Below the pieces are notes generated by a model. The model was given only the letters and a program-made list of their open reading frames with translations. It was not told where the DNA came from and did no database searches. A program made the translations under genes and the position numbers. From Chlamydiae bacterium RIFCSPHIGHO2_12_FULL_49_11 (GTDB lineage Bacteria > Chlamydiota > Chlamydiia > Chlamydiales > 2-12-FULL-49-11): a stretch of 18,363 nucleotides of DNA. Location of the stretch: NCBI GenBank assembly GCA_001794905.1, contig MGLW01000035.1:1-18363 (forward strand), written 5' to 3'. Positions 7,668 to 14,520 of this stretch are shown here, one piece after another. Positions within the stretch are counted from its first letter, which is position 1; the number at the start of each line of letters is the position of its first letter.

Positions 7668-8594
7668 ATGGGTCGTTTTTTAAAACGCATACTGTTTTTT
7701 ATCCTTCTTAACTTTCTGATTATGATCACCATCGGTATCATCGTACACTTCTTTCATTTAGACCGAAGGGTCATGGGGACCGATCGGGATGGTCTGATGA
7801 CCCTTCTCTCCTTTGCAGCCATTTGGGGTTTTGCGGGCTCTTTCATCTCTCTTGCCCTCTCCCGATGGATCGCCCGCACCCTCATGGGGATAAAGCTCAT
7901 CGATGAAAATACGGCAAACGGTTCGGCCCGGCTTGTACTCGAAACGGTAAAAGAACTTGCCGCAACCGGAGGAATTCGTATGCCGCAGGTGGGGATCTTC
8001 GACCATGACGCCCCCAACGCCTTCGCCACCGGCCCGACCAAAAACCGTTCCCTCGTTGCCGTTTCGACAGGCCTCCTGGGTCGGATGAGCAATGAAGAGA
8101 TTCGCGGCGTGCTTGGACACGAAATGTCCCACATTTTTAACGGGGACATGGTAACCATGACTTTATTGCAGGGTGTAGTGAACACTTTCAGTATCTTTTT
8201 CTCGTATTTGCTCGCGTTTGTCATTACACGCGCCCTCGAAGGGGGCCGGGAGAAACAGCGTGGGGGAAGATCGTTTTTGTTTTATTTCCTCTCCGACCTA
8301 TTCCGTATCGTATTCATGATTCTCGGCATGATCGGGATCGCCGCCTATTCCCGCTGGCGCGAATACCGAGCCGATCGGGGTTCTGCGGAACTTTTAGGTC
8401 CCGGACCCATGGTTGCCGCCCTCAGAAAGTTGCAGGCGATCGCGAACAACAGCGAAGAAAAGATGCCGGATAGTGTGAAAGCCCTCCTCATTTTCAAAGA
8501 GAGGCGAGGCATGTCCCTCTTTGCCACCCACCCCCCGCTCGAACGGCGCATTCAGGCCCTGGAAACAGGGGAAATTTATTCTCTGAGCCGCTGA
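7668..8594 (+). CDS. htpX: Zinc metalloprotease HtpX (peptidase M48)
   Basis: Two N-terminal TM segments, PNAFATG, VAVSTGLL, HEMSH (HExxH), NGDMVTMTLLQG, SRWREYRAD and THPPLERRI. GAGGTG SD before the ATG at 7668 (the track's start at 7644 is probably too early). Confidence 0.97.
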   Translation: MGRFLKRILFFILLNFLIMITIGIIVHFFHLDRRVMGTDRDGLMTLLSFAAIWGFAGSFISLALSRWIARTLMGIKLIDENTANGSARLVLETVKELAATGGIRMPQVGIFDHDAPNAFATGPTKNRSLVAVSTGLLGRMSNEEIRGVLGHEMSHIFNGDMVTMTLLQGVVNTFSIFFSYLLAFVITRALEGGREKQRGGRSFLFYFLSDLFRIVFMILGMIGIAAYSRWREYRADRGSAELLGPGPMVAALRKLQAIANNSEEKMPDSVKALLIFKERRGMSLFATHPPLERRIQALETGEIYSLSR

Positions 8595-9220
8595 CGGATC
8601 GTTTCCACGTCCATTCTTTCGATGTAATCGATCATATTGCGATGATACCAATGCAATCCCTTGGTCTTCATCTCCCGAATTGCCTCTTCCTTCGACCAGT
8701 TTTGCACGACGATCCGGTACACCGCTACCATAAGCCCCGTGCGATCCATCCCGTGAAAACAATGGACGAACGTGGGAAGATTATTCGGATTGCACACAAT
8801 TTTAAGGAATTCGATCACCGCCCTGTCTTGCGGCTCGTAAGGGTAAAAAGGGATGTGGACGGTACGGATCATGTCATCGTAATATTCTTTGACCACACGG
8901 TGGTTAAAGTCTTTGATCCTCAGGTTGATGATCGTCTTGATGCCGGCACGCACCAAAGTTTTAATTCCCGACTTGGACGGCTGCCCGCCGCGCGTCAAAT
9001 TTAGCTCATCGACGATGTAAAAGTGGGGAAGTTTGTTCCCCAAGAATTTTTGGCGGAGAAGAAAAAAGAGGACCTCCACCGCCCCTATCGAATAGGCCAC
9101 AAAATAAAAAATTGTATTGTAAGATAGCTTCCATAGGGCACGCGGAAGAGCCCGGAGATAATATCCGAGTATATGCAGTCGCAATTTTCGCTCGCAGACG
9201 GAAGTTTTAATTTTTTGCAT
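8576..9220 (-). CDS. Dual-specificity/tyrosine phosphatase-fold (CX5R) protein with an N-terminal hydrophobic anchor
   Basis: RGGQP, IKTIINLR, P-loop VHCFHGMDRTG, YRIVVQNWSKEEAIREM. Hydrophobic segment IFYFVAYSIGAVEVLFFLL. The start overlaps the end of hldE by 14 nt. Confidence 0.9.
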   Translation of the reverse strand: MQKIKTSVCERKLRLHILGYYLRALPRALWKLSYNTIFYFVAYSIGAVEVLFFLLRQKFLGNKLPHFYIVDELNLTRGGQPSKSGIKTLVRAGIKTIINLRIKDFNHRVVKEYYDDMIRTVHIPFYPYEPQDRAVIEFLKIVCNPNNLPTFVHCFHGMDRTGLMVAVYRIVVQNWSKEEAIREMKTKGLHWYHRNMIDYIERMDVETIRQRLRE

Positions 9221-10493
9221 AAGGAAAACAATCTTCTACATTCATGATCAGCCTATCTTGCAATAGGTCCCATGCCAGCATCGCAGCCTCTTTACCTCGG
9301 ACAAGGAGGTCAATTTCGGGCGAAGCGGCAAGGAATTCAATTAGAGCTTCATTTTCGCTCATTTCGGAAAAAAAAGCGATCACTGTTTTTTCTCGCATTT
9401 TTTTCACCGCCCACAAAACTTCGGCAATGTTTTTCTTGATTTTTTCCACTTCAAAATAGATCACTTCTTCCGAAGGGATGAGGTGCGTGAGCAAAAAAAC
9501 CACGTTGACTTCACGGGCAATCTTATAACGGGGATCGATGAGAAAAGCACGCAAGAGGAGTTCTTTCATCCCGACGCTGTGGCACCCCAATTTTTCCACG
9601 GCACAGCTTGCCGCTACATTCGCCAGATAGGTACTTTCGGGAACCGTGAGATCCGACCCGATCCCGTAGGCAAGCATCGCAAGGGACGTGTCTCCTGCTC
9701 CGGTGACGTCTTTTACTTCTCGTCCAAGCGCCGGCACCGAAACCATTTCAAGCCTGCGGTCAAAGAGGACCATCCCCTCTTCGGAAAGGGTGATCAGGAG
9801 ATATTCAAACTCCCCTTTTTGCATAATGGCGGCAGCAACGGACATTAGGGAATCTGTCATCTCCGCTCCTATAGCACTATACGCTTCTTTCCGGTTCGGC
9901 TTGATGAGAAACGCAGGAGAATAAATCGATATATCGGACCGTTTCGGATCGACGATCACTTTCTTCCGAAATTCTTTGCCAAGGCGCAAAACGGCACGGA
10001 TCAAAGAAGGAGTGCACGTTCCTTTGGCATAGTCGGAAATCACAACCACATCGACCTCCGGTATGAGGTCCTCAAGGAAGCGGATCATAGTTTCCGTATC
10101 GGAGGGAGACAGTTCCATTATTTTCTCATCATCCACGCGGAGGAGCTGCTGCCCTTGAGAAATAAACCGCTCTTTCACCCCGGTTTTGTGATGCGAGCCC
10201 GAAAGAATCGCAGCGGTTTCGATCGAGCGGTCAGAAAGGTGCGATACCAAAATGTCGCCGATATCGTCTTGCCCCACAAAGGAAGCTATGAAGACTTCCG
10301 CTCCGAGACTTTTCAAATTCAAGGCCACGTTGGCCGCTCCCCCTCCGAGCGCGCGGCTTGATTCAAGATTGAAAACGGGAATCGGGGCTTCGGGAGAAAT
10401 CCGCGACACACGCCCCAGCGTATGTCGATCCAGAAAAATGTCACCGAACACAAGGACTCGGATGGGCCTTAATTTGTGAAAATTATCGAGCAC
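9207..10493 (-). CDS. hldE: D-glycero-beta-D-manno-heptose-7-phosphate kinase (HldE/RfaE domain I) with a degenerate C-terminal domain
   Basis: VLVFGDIFLD, RISPEAPIPV, LGGAANVALN, QQLLRVD, SDYAKG, VDPK, KPNRKE, TLSEEGM, DVTGAGDT. GTG start overlaps the hldD stop (TAGTG). The C-terminal ~105 aa has no HxGH motif. Confidence 0.9.
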   Translation of the reverse strand: MLDNFHKLRPIRVLVFGDIFLDRHTLGRVSRISPEAPIPVFNLESSRALGGGAANVALNLKSLGAEVFIASFVGQDDIGDILVSHLSDRSIETAAILSGSHHKTGVKERFISQGQQLLRVDDEKIMELSPSDTETMIRFLEDLIPEVDVVVISDYAKGTCTPSLIRAVLRLGKEFRKKVIVDPKRSDISIYSPAFLIKPNRKEAYSAIGAEMTDSLMSVAAAIMQKGEFEYLLITLSEEGMVLFDRRLEMVSVPALGREVKDVTGAGDTSLAMLAYGIGSDLTVPESTYLANVAASCAVEKLGCHSVGMKELLLRAFLIDPRYKIAREVNVVFLLTHLIPSEEVIYFEVEKIKKNIAEVLWAVKKMREKTVIAFFSEMSENEALIEFLAASPEIDLLVRGKEAAMLAWDLLQDRLIMNVEDCFPYAKN

Positions 10494-11494
10494 TACAACC
10501 TCGAACCGACACGGAGATAGTTTTGCACATAGTCAAAGACTCCTTCTTCGAGGGAGACGCATTGCATCGGTTTTTTCCCGAGCTTTTCCCAGGCGCGGTG
10601 CCACTTATCCATATTCGCTTGCGTATAATTTTGATATTGCGATTGCAGCGGAAGGGGGAGATCAATGTACTCGATCACTGCCTCCTTTCCCATCGCTCTG
10701 AAGACAGCATCGGCAAGTGTCTTCCATGTTATACTGACTCCCGTCCCGATATTATACAATCCGGTCATTTGCAGCACAATACTGTCGACCACCATGCGCG
10801 CTACATCTTTCACATAGATAAAATCTCGGGACTGCTCCCCGTCGGCAATCTTCGGGTCGGTCGACCGGAACAATTTCACTTTGGAAATTTGGTTGATCTG
10901 GTTGTACATGTGGAGAACCATCGACGCCATCGACCCTTTATGGTACTCATTCGGCCCATACACATTGAAAAATTTGAAGGTTAGAATGCGCCCGTAAAGG
11001 TCTTCGCGGAGCGCCCACAAGTCGAACATATGTTTCGAATAGCCGTACATGTTCAGGGGTCTAAGGTGATCGAGTTTCGAAACGTCGTCATCGAACCCTT
11101 CCCGGCCGCGCCCGTATGAGGCAGCCGATGACGCGGCAGCAAAAATGCAACCGTGGTTGAGAGCCAGTTCACACAAGCGAACCGAATAGCGGTAATTGGT
11201 GCGGTAGTAATCGTCGTGGTTGAGATCGCTCGTCGACGTATTGGCGCCCATGTGAATGATCGCCTCCACATCCTGAATCCTCGACTCAAGATAATCGAAA
11301 AGCTCGTAGCGAGAAACGAGATCACGATACCGCTTCCCAACCAGGTTCTTCCACTTTTCACCCTGCTTGAAATCGTCGACGACAACGATGTTCTCATAAC
11401 CGAGATCGTTCAGATAACGCAAAATAGCGCTGCCGACGAACCCAAGTCCTCCGGTGAGAACGATTAAACGATCCTTAAACAATTTATCTTGCAT
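10493..11494 (-). CDS. hldD: ADP-L-glycero-D-manno-heptose 6-epimerase
   Basis: TGGLGFVG Rossmann motif, HMGANTST, ASSAASYG, RPLNMYGYSK (YxxxK), FNVYGPNEYHKGSMAS, RDFIYVKD. Confidence 0.95.
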   Translation of the reverse strand: MQDKLFKDRLIVLTGGLGFVGSAILRYLNDLGYENIVVVDDFKQGEKWKNLVGKRYRDLVSRYELFDYLESRIQDVEAIIHMGANTSTSDLNHDDYYRTNYRYSVRLCELALNHGCIFAAASSAASYGRGREGFDDDVSKLDHLRPLNMYGYSKHMFDLWALREDLYGRILTFKFFNVYGPNEYHKGSMASMVLHMYNQINQISKVKLFRSTDPKIADGEQSRDFIYVKDVARMVVDSIVLQMTGLYNIGTGVSITWKTLADAVFRAMGKEAVIEYIDLPLPLQSQYQNYTQANMDKWHRAWEKLGKKPMQCVSLEEGVFDYVQNYLRVGSRL

Positions 11495-11497
11495 ACG

Positions 11498-11521
11498 TGC
11501 ACCTTTAAAGAAATAGGTGCA
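11498..11521. promoter_or_regulatory. Perfect 7-bp inverted repeat TGCACCT-N10-AGGTGCA spanning the hldD RBS and the predicted transcription start
   Basis: Arms at 11498-11504 and 11515-11521. The downstream arm on the minus strand contains the SD-like AGGTG. Confidence 0.55.
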
Positions 11522-11549
11522 GTATACAAAAAAAACCAGCCTATGTCTA
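11521..11549 (-). promoter_or_regulatory. Internal sigma66/sigma70 promoter for the hldD-hldE-phosphatase operon
   Basis: Minus strand: TAGACA (11549-11544), 17-nt spacer, TATACT (11526-11521). The first three bases of the -35 are the rplI TAG stop codon. Confidence 0.7.
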
Positions 11550-12068
11550 GGGAGTTTCTCCCTGGGGCGCTTCGGGTGTTTTACTTTCTTCCGCTCGCAC
11601 TTTTTTCGTGATGATGCGATCGGGATTGACTACGAGATATACCGTCGTCTCTACACCTTCGGGCAGTTTCAAGCGGATCGGATGACGCCCGAGTTGTCTA
11701 ATGGGCATTTGCAGCATCACCATTTGTTTTTCCACTCCGTATCCGCGGTTCTGCATCAAATTCGCAATGTCGCTGACCGTAACCGAGCCGTACATATTCC
11801 CGTCGGCATCAACTTTGACTTCCACTTCAATAGAAATTTCGTGGAGCGTGTTTTTCAAAAGAAGCGCCGTTTCGAGATCGCGTTTTGCCTGCTCTTCCCG
11901 CTCATGGGAAAGCCTCTCCCGCATTTTCAGCGTGCCTTGCGTTGCCATGATCGCTCGTCCCTTTGGGAGTAGAAAGTTTCTGGCATAACCTGCCCTTGCA
12001 TCGACCACTTCGCCTTTCCGGCCGTGATTGACCACATCTTCCAGGAGTAACAATTTATATTTATTCAT
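11547..12068 (-). CDS. rplI: 50S ribosomal protein L9
   Basis: LLLEDVVNHGRKGEVVDARAGYARNFLLPKG and GNMYGSVT. GGAGG spacing favours the ATG at 12068. Follows rpsF-rpsR. Confidence 0.97.
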   Translation of the reverse strand: MNKYKLLLLEDVVNHGRKGEVVDARAGYARNFLLPKGRAIMATQGTLKMRERLSHEREEQAKRDLETALLLKNTLHEISIEVEVKVDADGNMYGSVTVSDIANLMQNRGYGVEKQMVMLQMPIRQLGRHPIRLKLPEGVETTVYLVVNPDRIITKKVRAEESKTPEAPQGETP

Positions 12069-12083
12069 ATGCATTTCCTCCGT

Positions 12084-12296
12084 TTATTCTTGGGCCGAAT
12101 ACGGAATCAAGGAGACGTAGCGTGCTCGTTTGATTGCCTGGGCCAGTTTTCTCTGAAAAAATTGTGAAACGCCTGTGATTCTGCGGGGCAGAATTTTACC
12201 GCGTTCGGTGATGAATTGTTCGAGAGTCGCGATGTCTTTATAATCGACCTCTGTCACTCCCGCTTTCACAAAGGGGCATTGTTTGTCATTGGACAT
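12084..12296 (-). CDS. rpsR: 30S ribosomal protein S18
   Basis: CPF..., [32 protein letters not shown]. Confidence 0.98.
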   Translation of the reverse strand: MSNDKQCPFVKAGVTEVDYKDIATLEQFITERGKILPRRITGVSQFFQRKLAQAIKRARYVSLIPYSAQE

Positions 12297-12301
12297 AAAT
12301 A

Positions 12302-12667
12302 TTACCTTTCCTCTTTCTTGATTTCTTTTGTGACTTGCTTGAATTCGAATTTATTCCCTTCGGGGATTTTTTCGATTGCGACATGCATAAATCGCAGCAA
12401 ATCTTCATTTAAATGGTTTTCGTGCATCACTTCACCGAGCGCGCTTGTCGGCAGGGTAAAATAGAGCAAATAATAATACCCGTCGCGGGCTTCTTTGATC
12501 GAATGCGCGAGCTTTCGTCTCTCGAAATCGATCGTCTTGTGATGTTTGCCACCCAAGGTCTCAATGAGGGAGACGACTCTGCTGAGCGCTTTTTCCCTTG
12601 CGTCGTCACTGAGCGTGGGTCGCAAGATGTACATCCCTTCATACAAATTTTCTTTCAATTGTTTCAT
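12302..12667 (-). CDS. rpsF: 30S ribosomal protein S6
   Basis: [45 protein letters not shown] upstream; lies directly before rpsR. Confidence 0.96.
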   Translation of the reverse strand: MKQLKENLYEGMYILRPTLSDDAREKALSRVVSLIETLGGKHHKTIDFERRKLAHSIKEARDGYYYLLYFTLPTSALGEVMHENHLNEDLLRFMHVAIEKIPEGNKFEFKQVTKEIKKEER

Positions 12668-12678
12668 ATTTTTTTCTC

Positions 12679-13257
12679 CTAATCGATTGCCACATTGCTT
12701 GTGACATGGCTCATCTTGTCCGGATTTTCAATCCACATTTTAATCATATTGACTCCTGCCTCCACGAGGGGAAGAAGACGAGCCTCTTCATCCACGCTGA
12801 AAGGAGACAAGACATATTGTTCCATTTCTTCTCCGGCCGGTTCGGAAACTCCGATCCTCAGCCTTGGAAATTCTATCGTCCCCAGACATTCAATGATGCT
12901 TTGCATCCCCTTTTGTCCACCGGAGGAACCTTGCTCGCGATACCGCATCCGTCCGAAGGGAATGTGAACATCGTCTACAACGACCAGCATATCCTGTGGT
13001 CCCACTTTGTGTTTCGTCATGCACCTTTTCACCGCCGTTCCCGACGCGTTCATGTAGGTGGTCGGAAATGCCGCAACCACCTCTCGGCCCCTGCTTTTTC
13101 CCTGCCACAATTTCGCTTTGATCAGCGATAACCTGCACGGTTTCAGTCCTTCTTCACGAGCATATGCAGTCACAATCTTGGCGCCTATATTATGGCGCGA
13201 TCGTGCATACCGGCTTCCCGGATTGCCCAAACCGACGACAAGTTTTTCCACGCTCAT
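12679..13257 (-). CDS. pth: Peptidyl-tRNA hydrolase
   Basis: LVVGLGNPG..Y..SRHNIG, PTTYMNASG, VVVDD, GSSGGQKG, FPRLRIGV, YVLSPF. Confidence 0.97.
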   Translation of the reverse strand: MSVEKLVVGLGNPGSRYARSRHNIGAKIVTAYAREEGLKPCRLSLIKAKLWQGKSRGREVVAAFPTTYMNASGTAVKRCMTKHKVGPQDMLVVVDDVHIPFGRMRYREQGSSGGQKGMQSIIECLGTIEFPRLRIGVSEPAGEEMEQYVLSPFSVDEEARLLPLVEAGVNMIKMWIENPDKMSHVTSNVAID

Positions 13258-13815
13258 TTATTTCCCGATGGTAAGCAGCACTTGTTTTGCCTCTTCGCGC
13301 ATCTCAACCCCTTCCGGGATCTGCAGCTCGCTAACGGTAAACCGTTGGCCCAAACTCATGTTTGTCATATCAATCACAAACTCAGACGGAATTTGCGCCG
13401 GTTTTGCGCGCACGCGCACGCAGCGTTTAATGCGTTTGATCATTCCCCCTTGCGTGATTCCCACACAACGGTCTTCATTTTCCGAAAAGATCGGCACGAA
13501 CACTTCGACCGGCTTATCTTTATCAACCAGTTGTAAATCGATATGCAAAACGGCATAGGTAGTTTTGGCATAAGCGATATCCTTGACGATCAGCTGCACC
13601 TTTTTCCCGTCCAGCTCCGAGTCAAACCTGACGGTAGACAAGGCTCCTTTTTTCACCTCACGCAAACAAGAGTCAAATTCGCCCAGTCGGACCATCATCG
13701 GTTTTGAATCGCTAAGACCCGCACCGTATACGATCACCGGAATAAACCCCTCTCGTCTTGCCTTGGCAAGTTCACTTTTCACTCCCCCTTTCCTGGGAAA
13801 AAGTTCCATTTTCAT
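13258..13815 (-). CDS. rplY: 50S ribosomal protein L25 / general stress protein Ctc (long form)
   Basis: RREGFIPVIVYG, VKDI, VLHIDL, CVGITQGG, IPSEFVID. GAGGGA SD favours the ATG at 13815 (or 13809) over 13827. Abuts pth. Confidence 0.93.
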   Translation of the reverse strand: MKMELFPRKGGVKSELAKARREGFIPVIVYGAGLSDSKPMMVRLGEFDSCLREVKKGALSTVRFDSELDGKKVQLIVKDIAYAKTTYAVLHIDLQLVDKDKPVEVFVPIFSENEDRCVGITQGGMIKRIKRCVRVRAKPAQIPSEFVIDMTNMSLGQRFTVSELQIPEGVEMREEAKQVLLTIGK

Positions 13816-13850
13816 GTGTTCCCTCATTCTTCAATTTTTTTTGGAATAGC

Positions 13851-13968
13851 AAAGTCTTTCGACATCAGATGACGATAAGAACACCATATGGTGCCGTGGA
13901 CTATGCTTATCCTAAAGTTATGCGCATCATGGCCCGACTAAAGTGGAGCCGGACCACAAAGCGACTTT
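13851..13968 (-). other. Putative structured RNA element between tRNA-Gln and rplY
   Basis: 10-bp hairpin (13956-13930), a nested GAUAAG/CUUAUC plus GCACC/GGUGU stem, and a GUC-GAAA-GAC tetraloop. The non-Watson-Crick positions read as G-U pairs only on the minus strand. Confidence 0.4.
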
Positions 13969-14040
13969 TTGGGGTGGCAGGATTCGAACCTACGCGTGTC
14001 GGTACCAAAAACCGATGCCTTACCGCTTGGCTACACCCCA
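13969..14040 (-). tRNA. tRNA-Gln(UUG)
   Basis: TGGGGTGTAGCCAAGCGGTAAGGCATCGGTTTTTGGTACCGACACGCGTAGGTTCGAATCCTGCCACCCCAA. Acceptor stem TGGGGTG/CACCCCA (U1-A72), anticodon stem TCGGT/ACCGA with loop TT-TTG-GT, T-loop TTCGAAT. CCA is not encoded. Confidence 0.97.
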
Positions 14041-14059
14041 GCCGATCAAAGCTGCCGAT

Positions 14060-14088
14060 AGTTTACACACGCCGCAATTTTTCAGCAA
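14060..14088 (-). promoter_or_regulatory. Promoter for tRNA-Gln and probably the rplY operon
   Basis: Minus strand: TTGCTG (14088-14083), 17-nt spacer, TAAACT (14065-14060), with an AT-rich tract upstream. Confidence 0.6.
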
Positions 14089-14121
14089 GTTCTATCAAAC
14101 AAACTTTTTTGAAAAATTCTC

Positions 14122-14150
14122 TTGCAATAAATCAAGTCATTTTTTAAAAT
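14122..14150 (+). promoter_or_regulatory. Promoter for the 65-aa ORF and possibly glgA
   Basis: TTGCAA (14122-14127), 17-nt spacer, TAAAAT (14145-14150). A second extended -10 (TGCTATAAC) lies near 14195-14203. Confidence 0.6.
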
Positions 14151-14221
14151 GTTTTCATTTAACTTTAACAAAGCAGGTTGCTATGTGCTTAGGATGCTAT
14201 AACCTTAAAGCGGTTGAGAAA

Positions 14222-14419
14222 ATGAAACAAAAAGGGTTTCAAAACGTTACGGAAGAGACGGTCTTTTCTGTGGATACGGTAAAGGAACTGGTTGCCGAAG
14301 CGTGGGCCGAAACGGGCCATGACAGGTGGAAAATGCCGGTCAGCAACATCGACGCCAAAGGCCGTATGCAGCTTGACTGGGTCATGGATGGCCGAAAAGT
14401 CACCCTTTGCCTAACCTGA
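14222..14419 (+). CDS. Small hypothetical protein (65 aa)
   Basis: 3' part of track ORF 13943..14419, whose 5' part runs antisense through the tRNA. ATG at 14222 gives MKQKGFQNVTEETVFSVDTVKELVAEAWAETGHDRWKMPVSNIDAKGRMQLDWVMDGRKVTLCLT, downstream of promoter-like sequences. Confidence 0.6.
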   Translation: MKQKGFQNVTEETVFSVDTVKELVAEAWAETGHDRWKMPVSNIDAKGRMQLDWVMDGRKVTLCLT

Positions 14420-14520
14420 TATTCACTTGACAACCGGGATTTTTGGTTCATCGCGTGGAAAACTTGGGTTGATACAAATGCTGATTTCCTTTATTAGGAA
14501 GGCAAAAGGGATTTGTAATT

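Noticed and set aside
11498..11521. Inverted repeat considered as a CIRCE (HrcA) element or an intrinsic terminator
   Set aside because: Does not match TTAGCACTC-N9-GAGTGCTAA in arm sequence or spacing, and has no following U-tract.
12084..12296. S18 with a single Cys (incomplete Zn ribbon) and a short N-terminus
   Set aside because: The CPF...ITGVS form is, as far as I recall, the ordinary chlamydial S18 type. It is not evidence of a zinc-starvation paralog.
1487..13849. Numerous 60-190-aa antisense or alternate-frame ORFs inside the metallophosphoesterase, phosphohexomutase, htpX, hld and ribosomal genes
   Set aside because: They are fully nested in well-supported genes and have no motifs, RBS or promoters, as expected for shadow ORFs.
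13852..13872. Minus-strand CTGATG...CGAAA resembling a hammerhead ribozyme core
   Set aside because: It reads CUGAUGU rather than CUGANGA, and there is no stem II between it and the GAAA.
13969..14040. tRNA-Gln as a possible integration site
   Set aside because: No duplicated tRNA 3' end, integrase or foreign block is seen nearby; the flanks are core genes.
13943..14221. 5' portion of the 158-aa track ORF (and ORF 13758..14147)
   Set aside because: Runs antisense through tRNA-Gln and across AT-rich promoter DNA. Only the part from the ATG at 14222 is credible.
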